Below are positions 45,744-57,915 of a stretch of DNA of 64,000 nucleotides, piece by piece (the first letter of the stretch is position 1; each line of letters starts with the position of its first letter). The notes below the pieces were generated by a model. It was not told the DNA's origin, searched no databases, and saw only the letters and a list, made by a program, of their open reading frames with translations. Origin of the DNA: Camelus ferus (Eukaryota); assembly GCF_009834535.1 (NCBI RefSeq), contig NC_045697.1, positions 11,906,001-11,970,000 on the forward strand, given 5' to 3'. Position numbers and translations under genes: made by a program.

Positions 45744-47610
45744 TGAACTTATTTACAAAATAGAAAGAGACTCACAGACAGAAAAAACAAACTTATGGTT
45801 ACCGGGGGGAAAAGGGGTGGGGAGGGATAAGTTGGGAGTTCAGGATTTGCAGATACTAACTACTATATATAATAGTGTTTGTGTGTGTGTGTGTGTATAT
45901 ATATATATAGTGGTGTGTGTGTGTGTATAGTGTAGTATATACATATATAATGCTATATATATTAATATAATGGATAAACAACAAGGTCCTACTGTATAGC
46001 TCAGGGAGCTATATTCAATATCTTGTAGTAACCTATAATGAAAAAGAATATGAAAAGGAATATATGTATGTATATGTATGATTGAAACATTATGCTGTAC
46101 ACCAGAAATGGACACAACGTTGTAACCGACCATACTTCATTAACCGCCCCCCCCCCCCAAAAAGATGCTCAACATCACAAAACAATCCCTAGGGAAATGC
46201 AGATTAAACCTACAATTAGATACCACTTCACACCTACTGGGATGGTTATTTAAAAAAAAAACAGAAAATAAGTGCTGATGAGGATGTGGAAAAATTGAAA
46301 CCTTTGCTTGTTGCTGATGGAAATGAAAAGCATGCTGCCACTGTGGAAAGTGGTATGGTGGTTCTTCAAAAAATTAAACATAGAATTATCATATGATCCA
46401 GAAATTCCACTTCTGGAATGATAATTTCAAAATAATTGAAAGCAGGTACTTAAATAGACATTTGTACACTCATGTGCACAGCCTTATTCGAACAACCCAA
46501 AAGGTAGAAACAAACCAAGTGTCCATTGATGGATGAATGGATAAACAAAATCTGGTATATACACAAATGATATATTCTTCAGCCTTAACAAGAAAAAAAT
46601 TTTGACCCTGGATGAACCTTGAAGACACTATGCTAAGTGAAACAAGCTGGTCACAAATGACAACCACCTTATAATTCCACTTACGTGAAGTACCTACAGT
46701 AGTGAGATTCACAGAGTCAAAAAGTAGCACGGTGGTTGCTGGTGGCTGGAGGAGGGGATACTGGGGAGTTGTCACCTAATGGGTACAGAGTTTCCACTTG
46801 GGAGGATGAAAAAGTTCTAAAGATGGATGGTGGTGATGGTTGCACAACCATGCGAATATATCTAATGCCACCGAACTGTACACTTAAAAATGGTAAATTT
46901 CATGTAATTTATATTTTACCACAATTAAAAAAATGGTTAAAAATTTTTTGAAGTCATCCTTATCTCAAATCTGTCTTTGACATCCCAAATCTACTCCATC
47001 AGCCAATCCTGAATCTCATCACTTCTCACCATCCCATCCTGCCCTTGATCTGAGTCATGAGCACCTCTCACCTGGCCCATTTCAATGGCCACAAACCTTT
47101 TTTCCACCTTGCCATCTAGAGTCTGTTAAAAGCCAGTCAAATCATGTCTCTCCACTGCTCAAAACCTTCTGATGACTCACCTCTCAGGAAAAGTCAGAGC
47201 CTCACAATGGCCAAAAAAGGGCAATGTGGTCTGGCTCCCATGACCTTTCTGAGCTCACCTCATCCTCTTCTCTTTCCCACTCACTCCACTCCAGCCACAC
47301 AGAGATCCTTGCCACATCTCACTCGCTCTCTCACTGCATCTCTGTATATACTGTTGCCTCTCCTGGGACCACTGTCCTCCTTTGGGTCTCAGCTCACATG
47401 CCACCTTATCAGTGAGACCTGCCCTGATTAGCCCCCAAATTCTTGCTCTCCCCATACTTTTTCCTGCTTTGTTTTTCTCCATATCACCTTTATCTGACAT
47501 ATATATTTTATGTGTGTTTTTTTAAAAATTTATTTGTCTTCCTTTCCAAAACCCTGGAACAGTGCCTGATGTGTGGAAAGGACTCTGTAAATATTTGTTG
47601 AATGCATGAA
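44670..47610 (+). mobile_element. L2 interrupted by an old L1 3' part (~45451-46945), which itself contains a younger L1 3' end (45480-46159)
   Basis: L2 text on both sides. Outer TSD-like ttttggagtc / ttttgaagtc; inner TSD aaaggatgctcaac (45466-45479) / aaaagatgctcaac (46160-46173). Confidence 0.8.
45697..45740. repeat. (AC)22 microsatellite inside the L1 3'UTR
   Basis: Direct read. A mixed (TG)/(TA) tract follows at ~45876-45960. Confidence 0.97.
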
Positions 47611-48164
47611 ATATCTCTTTATCCTAGCCGAAAGACATCAGAGTACAGAGGATGCTTGAGCTGGGTTTGGAAAGATGAGCCAATGGCAGCCAGAGGACGA
47701 GAAGGGGGAGGAAAGTACAGGAGGGGGAGTGTCAGGAGGAAGAAGTAGCACAAAGGCATGAAGTAGGGCGGACTGTGAGGATATGTGCAAGGGGGTCCTC
47801 CTGGCCACAGCCTGGTGAGGGGCGTTGGCAAGAGGGGAAGACCGCATGACGCAGTGCTGGACTGATGGTCAGGGATCAGACACTCAAGGGTCCAGCATCC
47901 AAGTTAAGGAGTTTAGACTCTATCCAGTTGACGAAGCACGTGGTGATCATGCAGACTCCCACACCTTGCCCCAGAGATCCCGATGCAGTAGGTCGGGGCC
48001 AGGGAGAGGCCAGGAGCTGCATTTTTAACATTTGGTTGCTCAGGGCCTCAGACTCTAAAAGCAGATGGGTGCATACTTTGGGGAACTGTGGCTTCCGGGC
48101 CATGAAGGAAGCTTTTCTTACAAGATTCTGCCTCTCTAGGGTTATGGGGAATAAAACTCTCCCT

Positions 48165-48522
48165 AATGGTTTATTTTCTGTATCAACTTGACAGGGCCAT
48201 GGGTTGCCCAGATATTTGGTTAAAGGCCTGAAAAGAACAAAAGCCTGGGTCAGGGAGAACTCACTCTCTCTGCTTGACTGCTTGAGACAGGACATCAGCC
48301 TTTTGTCCTCGAATTGGGACTTACATCGTTGGTTCTCCTGGTTCTCAAGCCTTTAGCCTCAGACTGAGATTTGCAACACCAGCTCCCGCGGGTCTCCAAC
48401 TTGCAGATGGCAGATTGTGGAACCTCTCAGTTTCCACAATCACATGAGATAATTTCTTATAAGAAATTTCTTTCTATCTACATCCTGTTGGTTGCATCTC
48501 TCTGGAAAAGCTTGACTAAGAC
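48165..48522 (+). mobile_element. MLT2-type (ERVL) LTR
   Basis: atggtttattttctgtatcaacttgacagggcca...cttgcagatggcagattgtggaacctctcag...ctggaaaagcttgactaagaca. Confidence 0.8.
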
Positions 48523-51500
48523 ATTCCCCATTTCCTAAGTTTCGGGATCATTGCCCTGGCTGCAGTGTGATGAGGGCAGAGAGAAGACTGAGGGAGGCAG
48601 GAGGAGAAGGTAGGGGCATGGGGAAGGCTGGAATTAGTGCAGGGGAACCAGGAAGGTGTGTGGGTTTAAGACCTTCCCATGAGGAAGAGTGGCAGGGCCA
48701 GTGACACCAGGTGTGGGGTGGGGGAGATGGAGGGTTCCGAGGATTCTCTTGTTGGCATGACTGAAGGGGTGTCTGGGCCACTCCACCTCAGAAGCATAGC
48801 ATCCTGGGAGGCCAGAAAATGGATAGGCCACTGTCACTGCTCTTGACTCACATCCCTGCCCACGAGGGAGCCCCAACTTCCCCAGCACCAGGTCAGAACA
48901 GAGGACTAGCTAAATCTTAAGAAGAAAGTCCTGAATTTGGGTGCCGAAACTCCCGCTACCAGCAGAAGTCATGGGGTTGCTGTCTCCTCCTTCAAGGAAA
49001 CGGGCTGGAACTGGTCCCAAGGAAGGCTGGGCTGCAAGCAAATGGGCTTGGAATGGATTTCTAGATGGGGTCCAGGACACTAATTAAAATCTCACCATTA
49101 CCTGTCAGAGAGTGGTTGCAAAGCACCTAGCTGCACATGGCATTGAGCTGTGAGGCAAGCTTCTGAGTAATCGAAGACCAACTGTCTCTCGAACCAATTT
49201 ACATGGAGGGGTAGCTGCCAGGTAAGTGCAGTCTCCCCAGAAGGCCCTTAACCAGAGCCCCTCCTCTTACTGGCCGAGGTCAACACTCAGACCCAGGCTC
49301 ACCTGCCTTCCAGGGAGTTTCGCCACCTGCATAAGACGAGGGACCTGGAAAGGGATCATCTTTTGTGGCTCAAATGACTTGTTTACAGCCTCTTGGAATG
49401 CAAAGACCAGGGCTAGCCCTCTTGGTTAGCCAGCCAACTGTGTCAACAATTACACATACGTGTTGTGATACATCTTTTACAAATAAAATCAATACAAAGA
49501 AATGTTAATACCTCTCACAGGAAACACTTTCACACACTTGGAGAAGTAATCCAAGTAGGAGCATCAAAATCTATAACCACACATACAAACAAAACCATGT
49601 GAACTTAATAGCAGAAAAAGAAGCCCTTCAAGTTTACCTGCTCAGATTGCGAATTACAAATTTAATTCTGAAAGCAGGCTTTGTGTGTATATCTCTACGG
49701 ACACGCGTATCTATTTGTTCCATGTAAGTGCAACAGCATCGAACGCTAACGTTATTTTTACACAGCACGTTCCAGTTCACAAAGCAGCTTTACAAGGTAA
49801 ACCCCACAGCATGAAAGATAAATATACTGAGTGCCCGTTTTAAATGACTTATTTTCCCCACTGTTCTCTGTGGGGGAAAAATCACTTTAAACATTTTCCG
49901 ATTCATGTACCTTCTACATAATCCTCAGATGAACACTACGCTTCAAGAGATATATTCTTGTCCAAACAACCCCTTAACAAAACCCAAAGATCCATTTATG
50001 ATACGCGGGGTCACCTTTCCAAATCGTATTCTCAGTCGAGGCTGAGTTTCTGTGCTACGGCAGCACGTGGCCTCAACTAGAGCAGTGGTTTTACTCTTAA
50101 TCTATGGGGGCTGGGTGAGTGTGGCTCACTTACCTGCACACCCGGAACGGAAGGGCCACACTGGCTCAAGCTCACAGACTAAACCATCTTTTGTCTCTGA
50201 TTTGTGCTACCAGGAGCTTCTGCGGGAGAACAGAGCCCAGGCCAGCCCACCGTGTCAAGGGCCCCAAAAGTCAGGAGTCGATTTTAAGTTAAAATTTAAA
50301 AGATGTAACCTGGTTCTGATTTTGTTTTAAAATTACACACACACACACACATCAACAAAGTAAAGGGTCAAGAATGTATCAAAACATGTAACTATGAAAG
50401 TTTAAAAAGCTAAAGCTCTAATCTGTTCTTAGAAAACAGTGATAAGTACATGTATGTAAACTAAAAAAAATGTGTACTATATTGTATATATGTATTTACA
50501 TGCAATATAATGTATATGTGCAGCCAAACTGTAATAATTCCACCTAATAAAACTGAAAAAAAAGAATGTATCAAAATATGACCAAGGTTATCGCTGGATG
50601 ATAATAATGAACAGTATTGACTTTTCTCCCTTTTTTTTTTTAACTTTTGTACATTCCTCAATTTTTCTATATGAGCATGCACTTCAATTATAATCAGAAA
50701 AAAATCTTTTTTTTTTTTAAAGATAAGGATATATCATCAAACTGTTCTGCATCAAACCATTAATCTATAAGTGTTTAAGCCTGAGACACAAGCCCTGGAA
50801 GGAGAAACACTCAGACAAGGAAGGGCCAAGTCCCAGTGCCTCTCCTGAGGGGCCTGGCTTTGGCCGCACTGCCTCCTCCTGGCTGGTGTATTCTGGTCTA
50901 AGCAGCTCCACTATGATAAAGGTGCTGTCTCTTGCATTATGGACCCTGGTTCTGTGGGGAAGAAGAGTCTAAGGCAGTCTTGTTGCTCTTGTGAGTGTCA
51001 CCAGGTATGGAGATGCCACCTGGAGCTTCAACCCAGGAGACAGGGAGCCATAGGCCACAGGCCACGCTGGGTGTAGCCAGTCTCTGGCTTTCAGAATGTG
51101 CTCTTGAATTCAGTCTCCAACATACCTCTCCCATGAATGAAAGTGTGACAGCAATGGTAAGAGCACGTGGCTTTTATAAAGGTGAGGGCACACCTGTTCC
51201 CTCTACTGCTGAAAAGTTTCTGCCATCATTTCTTCCAAACCACCCTCCATGTGACTACTCTACCTGAGGGTCCCTCTACCTCTTGCCTCGCTAGTGTTCT
51301 GTCCAAATCCAAGGATTGACTACAATCCTGCTTAGTACTTACTCCTAGGGGGCTCCTCATCACCCATCATGGCAGCTCCCAACCTTTTTCTGCCCCACCA
51401 TCCCTGAGGGTGGGACACTTACCACCAAAGAGGTGGTCTATGGTTGGGGGGGGGGTTTCCACCACTGTGGAGCCTGCTAGCTTTGTAGGGACAGAGTCAC

Positions 51501-52671
51501 AATCCATTCAATTTTGTGTCCAGATGCCAAATATTGGACCAGGCAACCAGCAGGCACACGGTGGGTCTTCTATGAGAGGCTGTTTCAGTGAACTAGCAGG
51601 GACTCTTTGTTACACACCACTGTATCCTCACCACCCTGCAGAACCCCTGATCTAGAGTTTAACAGAGTGTAAATGAATGAATGAATGAATGCGTGATGGA
51701 AAAAGTAGAAGAACTCTGTATGACAAAGAGGGGACACCATTCAGAGGTGTTATATGTCAGTGATATTAAGCAGGGCTGCCTTAGAAGAAAGCACACAATT
51801 ATTATCCCCATCTAACTTATAAAAAATGCAATTTGGTGATTTTTACTCCTCCCAGAAAATAAACTCAGAAAATAGGAGAAATAATATTTAGAGAGCACCT
51901 AGTATGTGTTGGACCCTGAATCCAGAGCTCTTTTCACTCAGTTCAAATCCAATAGATGTCTGTACAGTTACACAAATTCCTATCAGCACATTCTGGAGGT
52001 GAGTATCTGAGAATTTGCCAGGGTGGGTTCTGACAGTAAAATTAAATATATAATCATCTCTGTTTTCACAAATGGTGATAATCTTCTTTCTTTTGGCTGA
52101 GTTCCCTTAGCCAGTCTATAGAAAATACATCCAGTACATACTCCTGAACATCCCTTCTTTGTCTTTAAAAAGGAAAGAAAGGCCTAGGGGTTATGGAATA
52201 ATGCCCTTTCAGTCTGTCTTGGCCTGATCCTTCTTGTCCAGTAGAAACATATGAAATTCCCTTTAAAATCTTTATGTTTTAGCAACCAAATTCTAGGAAA
52301 GTATATATTTACTAATCAGGATTCTTCTAGATACAAAAATGGAAATTCAAATCCATTGGACTGGGAAAGAGGGTCATGGACCTGGGAAGCCCTGAGCCAG
52401 TGATAGCTTCAGGTACAGATAGATCCAGGCTCTTAAATGATGTCATCTAGGCTGTCTCTTTCCATCTCACAGTTTTGCTTTTTTCTGAATTGGCTTTATT
52501 CTTTGACAGGCTCTTGGCAAAGTAGCTACAGGTAGCACCAAGATTACATTTTGCCAGCTTAGCACACTCCTGGAAAGAGAGCTCCTCTTTGTTAATAGTT
52601 CCAATGAGAATCTCAAAGTTGACTATATTCACCTGGGCTAACACTAATTCCTGGGGTCAATGGGATACAAT

Positions 52672-52809
52672 AATAACCTTTAATGAAAAAGAATATGAAA
52701 ATGAATATATGTATGTATAAGCATGACTGGGACATCGTGCTGTACACCAGAAATTGACACACTGTAACTGACTGTACTTCAGTAAAAAAATTTTAAAATT
52801 AAAAAAAAA
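52672..52809 (+). mobile_element. Short L1 3' end with poly(A), inserted in an old MaLR-like LTR
   Basis: aatgaaaaagaatatgaaaatgaatatatgtatg...gctgtacaccagaaattgacac...A-run. TSD-like gggataca / ggaataca. Confidence 0.75.
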
Positions 52810-55800
52810 GGAATACACCGATTGGCTAATTTCAGGTCACACGGGAATCGGGGGAATGGAGCTGACCTGCCTCAACCACATGGACGGAGGACTGAAGTAG
52901 CACATGGCCAACTTCTCAAAGGAAGCTGGAGATCTGGTACCAGAAGAATGGGTGCTGTGTCAGCAAGAACAGATGGGTACTTCTGACCCTTCCCAGGAAA
53001 CCCAGTATGGTTCACTGAGCACGAACTTCAGAACTGGAGGAGAGAGAAGAAAAGGTTAGGACTTGGTCCCTAATCTCATAGAGCAAACAGGAAGCACGTG
53101 TGCACACACAGGCGAATGAAAACATCCAGGTGGAAAGATGGCGCAGAACGAAGGCCTGGTGGGCCACTGAAGGAAGCACAGGGCCCGCTGCCAAGACACC
53201 TGAGTTCTAAGGTCCAGTTCTGTCCCTCGCAAGCGGTGTGTCATAAGGCAAGTCCTCGAACGAATCTCTCTGAGAAAACGAGGCTTCCTCTCCTAGGAAA
53301 TGAAATAGTCGCACTCAGCTGATATTTCCCAAAGGGAATGGATGTGGACAAGGGACTCTAAAGTCAAATAAGCTTGAGGCCTGGGCAGCTCTGGTATAAA
53401 GACATTTGCTTAACTGTCTTTACACCAAGAGTCAGCCATTGAGCTCTCTTTTTTTAAATTATAATGCCAATTAATTTCCCTCATTACATATTTTGGGATA
53501 TGCTGGGCCAAGAGTTCCTTAGGTTTTGACCTTGTGAGTTAAAGTGTCAAAGGCACAGGACAACAGTTGCTAGAAGGACTCAGCGCTTCGGGCTCCGTCT
53601 GTCTCGACAGTCAGTGCAGGCAGGTCTCGAGGGCTGGGAGGGTGTGAACGGGGTTGTGGGGAGCAGAGTGAGGAAGAGTTCTAGGGAGACAGTGTGGGTC
53701 AGATGTGCAGGGGCTGGGGGAGGGGGCACATGCTGTGAGAGCTGGGGAAATGCTGATTTAAGACTCAAAAATGTATCTCAGGATGCCAACAGGTGGTGGA
53801 ACTGCAAGGGATTTTAATTATTAAAATTTTTGCTTATTTGCATTTTCTAATTTCCTACAAAGTATGTATTACTTGGTTAATTAAAGTGATCAAAGAAAAG
53901 GAAAAATTTTAAATAGTTTTTCAAAATCCCAAAACTGTACGAATCAATTAACCACATGGCTTTTCTATATTCAATATTGTAACTGATTAAGAAGGAAAGT
54001 TTTTCACATGAATAGTAACATTTAAGGCTTCTTCCTTAGACCCCTGTGATTGGCATTTTTTTCATAATAAAAAACAAATGTAGGGATGACAATTAGGAAA
54101 AAGAAATTATTCTCTACTCAACCTCTCATTTTCCCTCATCACTCCTGAGCTCATCTCAGGTGCTCCGGCCCTGAGAGGATGCTGAGCAGGGAAAACCATG
54201 GGTGCAGCGAACACCACGTTCACTCTGCAGATGACACTACAGGTAGAAGCAATGCAGAGGCAGCAGGTGTCTCTGGAACACATGAAATGGAAGATGTGCA
54301 TATCACCCCTCTCACCTCCCCAGGCCTGCCCTTAATCCCAGAGCCGCAGGGAGGCTGGGAGATGCACAAGGGCTGCCATGTGCTCACAGGAAAAAAGAGA
54401 GACAGGCTGTTTCCCCCATGCCAGCACCTTAGAAAGTTAAAGTCAGATCTTGCCTTCTACCAGATCTATACCAGCTGTGTTATGTACAAATGGGGGAGCC
54501 GAAGCACAGACAGCTTAAACAATTTTGCCAATATCTTTCACCTCATTAGGGCAGAATGGAATCTGATTTTCAGTCCAATGTTCTTTTTTCCCCTAAATTG
54601 AGTCTTCATATTAAACTGAAAAGGTTACCATCAAATTTCTAAGTTGTGCCAGATAAACACAATGACCTTTAAAAATGATACCTGATTGTGACATTGCCCA
54701 AAAGTTGAACAGAGGTTCGAAAGGAATCCAAAAATGTCAAAAAGAAAGATGAACATATTCATAGAACTTTTATAGTTGTAAGCAAGACATCACCAGACCA
54801 TCTTCCTCATTTCATAAATAATGGCCCCTGGAGTCTCCTGATTTGTACACGGTCACACAGCTTGTGCGGAAGAGCCACAGTGGGGCTTTTATCACTTGAT
54901 TTTCAGTGTTCCTTCAACTGAATCTCAAAGGCCCTCATGGAAGGACCGAGGGCCTCAGGACACCCTAAAATCTGAGCCTATGAGACTCCCAGGAAGCCCC
55001 ACATCGCTCTCCCCAAGGGAGAGTCATCTACAGAATCTGTTACTCTCTGGCCTGGCTCACATTCAGATGTCAGCCAGCTTCAATCCAACAGCCAGAATTG
55101 GTAGAAGCCCTTCCTTTCGTCAAGTGCCCAATCCTGGGGTGGAGGGACGTGAAGATACAGAAGCCATGGTCCCTGCCCCAGGAGCTCACAATTTAGTGAC
55201 AAATACATAAAAACAACCATGCAGTGACGCCAAATGACATGACGGCAGGATACGGAGTGGAGACTACTTATTTCTCCAGGAAACATAATATCCCACCCAC
55301 CACCGTGACAAGCTCCCACCCTTGGCCACAGGGGTGAGCAGGTATCCCTGGCTGGCGAATGACAGACCCCCAGTTGACCAAGTGATTGACACAGGACGGG
55401 CATGGGATCCAAGCCAGGCCAGGCAGAGTCCTTCCTGGGATTTTATTCAGTTGGGGTAGGAGAGAATCTCTCTTGCCTGTTGTGTCTGAGGGTTGGAAGA
55501 TGTTAATTCACAGTGACCTACAGCCTTGTCCTCACATGGAAAAGGCCAATTAGTGGAGAAGAATGACTGTCACACAGACAATTGCAGAGATACGAGTGGG
55601 AGAAAGAGTCAAAGGTATCTGTCCAACAGCAGCAAATGTCTAGGTCCCTGTATCATCATCACCGTCATCATCAGAATGAACACTTCCAGTGATTACTTTA
55701 TGCCGGGAATGGGGCCTATATAAAATGCAGGCACTTGATACAATCTCATTGAATAATAATAGTAATATTAATAAAATTATAATTGTTATCTTCCTTTTAC

Positions 55801-56269
55801 AGAAGAGCAAACTGAGGAACAAGGAGGACAAATAATTTGCCATAAGTCCACAGCTAGTGGAAAAACTGGGCTGTGAGCCCTAATTCGTCTGACTCTAAAA
55901 TCTCAGTTCTTTCTGAGCAACGCATAGTCCCGAGCCTGAAAGTCACTGTGCTCTGAACGAAGGCAGGTGGCCTGAATTCCCCTCGCAGAACTAAGGTTCA
56001 AGTATTCACACCATTTGACACCCCTGGAGGGACTGACGCTGGGGATGGCTTCTTCGCTGTGTTGATTCCTGGTGGGTTTCTCCCCTAATTTGACACCCCT
56101 TCCTTGACCACCAAGGGTGGAGGTCCTCCGCCCAGGCAGAGAAATCTCAAGTCCTCTCCCCCAGGACAGCTGCCCCAGGGTGGACATCAGATTCTGACTC
56201 TACAGCTCCCACCTGTGTTCAGAGTAGAGGACCACCATTTCTGACCTACACAGCTCCACAGTGTTCCTT

Positions 56270-57530
56270 AATTATTATGTGCCAGGCACCCTTCTAGGTT
56301 CTTGGGATGTATCAGCAGCATGATATAGAGAGATCACTGCCTTCGTGGGGTTGAATTCTCATGGGAGGGTCAGGGAAGGGGTGGCAGAGAGACTGACAAT
56401 CAATATTAGATATAATAAATGAGCTCATTATGGTAAGTCAGGAGGTGGTAAGTAAAATGGAAAATAAAAAAGCAGACCAGGAGACGGGATATCAGAATTG
56501 TAGGGAGAGAGAGGGTGTCGTTATTTTAAATAGGACAGTTCAGGTTGGCCTCATTAAGGTGGCACTTGGGCAAAGTTGAGAAGGAGCTGAGAGGTTAGCC
56601 AGACAGGCATCTGGGTGAAGGGTTCTAGGCCAGAGCAAGGGTCCTGAGGCCAGTAGGGCTGGAATGGACTGGGCAAGGGGACAGTAATAGGAGTTAGGTC
56701 AGGGAGGTCATGGGCAGTCTGGGCTGTAGACTCAGGACTTTGGATTTACCCAGAGTTGAGAGCCACTGGTGGGTCTAAGCAGGAGAGCAGCCATGATCCG
56801 ACTTAAGGGGGATCATTCTGGTTTCTGAGTTGAGAATAAACTATAGGGGGGACCAGGGTGGAAGCTGCGAGACAGGAGGCAAGAACGTAGGGGAAAGTAA
56901 TGCAGGCATCTCAACACAGTGTGTCTCACAGTGAACTCATCCTGTTCCCATCGCTACCTGCCTCCAACCTGCTTCTCGATGCCATAGCGCCATCCCCGTA
57001 GGTAGGAACCCAGGAGTCCTCTTTGGCCCTTTTCTCTTCCTCCTGTGACTTATCCACTCAGTTTTGTACAGCCTGACCGCTAGGAAGTCCACACATCCAT
57101 CCCTCCGCTTGCTGTGCCTCCTCCCACTCTCGCCCTGCAGGCCCTCATCATCTGACCCATGTCTCCCTGAGGCCCAGCTCCCTTTCCCCCAGGTGCCCTC
57201 CACAGACACCCAAGTCACTGCACTGAACACAGCTGCTCCCGGCACTACTCACTGGGGCTCCCCCCGGCCCCCTGGATAAAATGATGCTCCTCGGCATGAC
57301 ATTCGCGACTCCCCACAATCCAGTGTCACATCCTGTCACCACCCCTGCAGACCCCAAGCTCCAATGACACTGGGTTACACACTGTTTTCTACACAAGCCA
57401 CACACTGTCAAACCTTTCTGCTTTTGCTCGCACTTCTCCATCTGTCTGGAATGCCTTTCCTGCCATCCTCTCTCTGGGGAAATCCTTCTTGACATGAAGT
57501 TCCAGATCCAATGTCACCTGCCTTCCAAGA
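56270..57530. mobile_element. Two L2 fragments in opposite orientation (approx. 56270-56880 minus, 56900-57530 plus)
   Basis: tatgtgccaggcacccttctagg...ggactttggattt, then ggcatctcaacacagtgtgtctcacagtgaactcatc...ctggaatgcctttcc. Confidence 0.6.
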
Positions 57531-57666
57531 GCTCCTCCAGGGCCACCTCAGGGAATTCATTCTTTCAAGAAATATGTACTGAGCCCCGAGGCACTATGCT
57601 GAACGCCGTGAGTTATTCCCTCCTAACAGTTCTCTTCTGGTATGAAGACACGGAAAGAGAGGTGCA

Positions 57667-57915
57667 TTTTTTTTTTAAATTGAAGTATAGTTGATTTACA
57701 ATGTGTTAGTTTCAGATGGACCTAGTGATTATCATACTAAGTGAAGTAAGTCAAACATCACATATCAAATATCACGTATCACTTATATGTTGAATCTAAA
57801 AAAATATTACAAATGAACTTACAAAACAGATACAGACTCACAGACATAGAAGACAAATTTATGGTTACCAAAGGGGAAAGAGCAGGGAGGAATAAATTAG
57901 GGATTTAGGATTAAC
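57667..57915 (-). mobile_element. L1 insertion with 5' inversion (twin-priming structure) and TSD
   Basis: Antisense 3' tip (poly(T)...gtttca, to ~57714) is joined to a sense-oriented L1 segment (gatggacctag...attaac). Flanked by agagaggtgcattttt (from 57656) and agagatgtgcattttt (from 57916). Confidence 0.85.
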
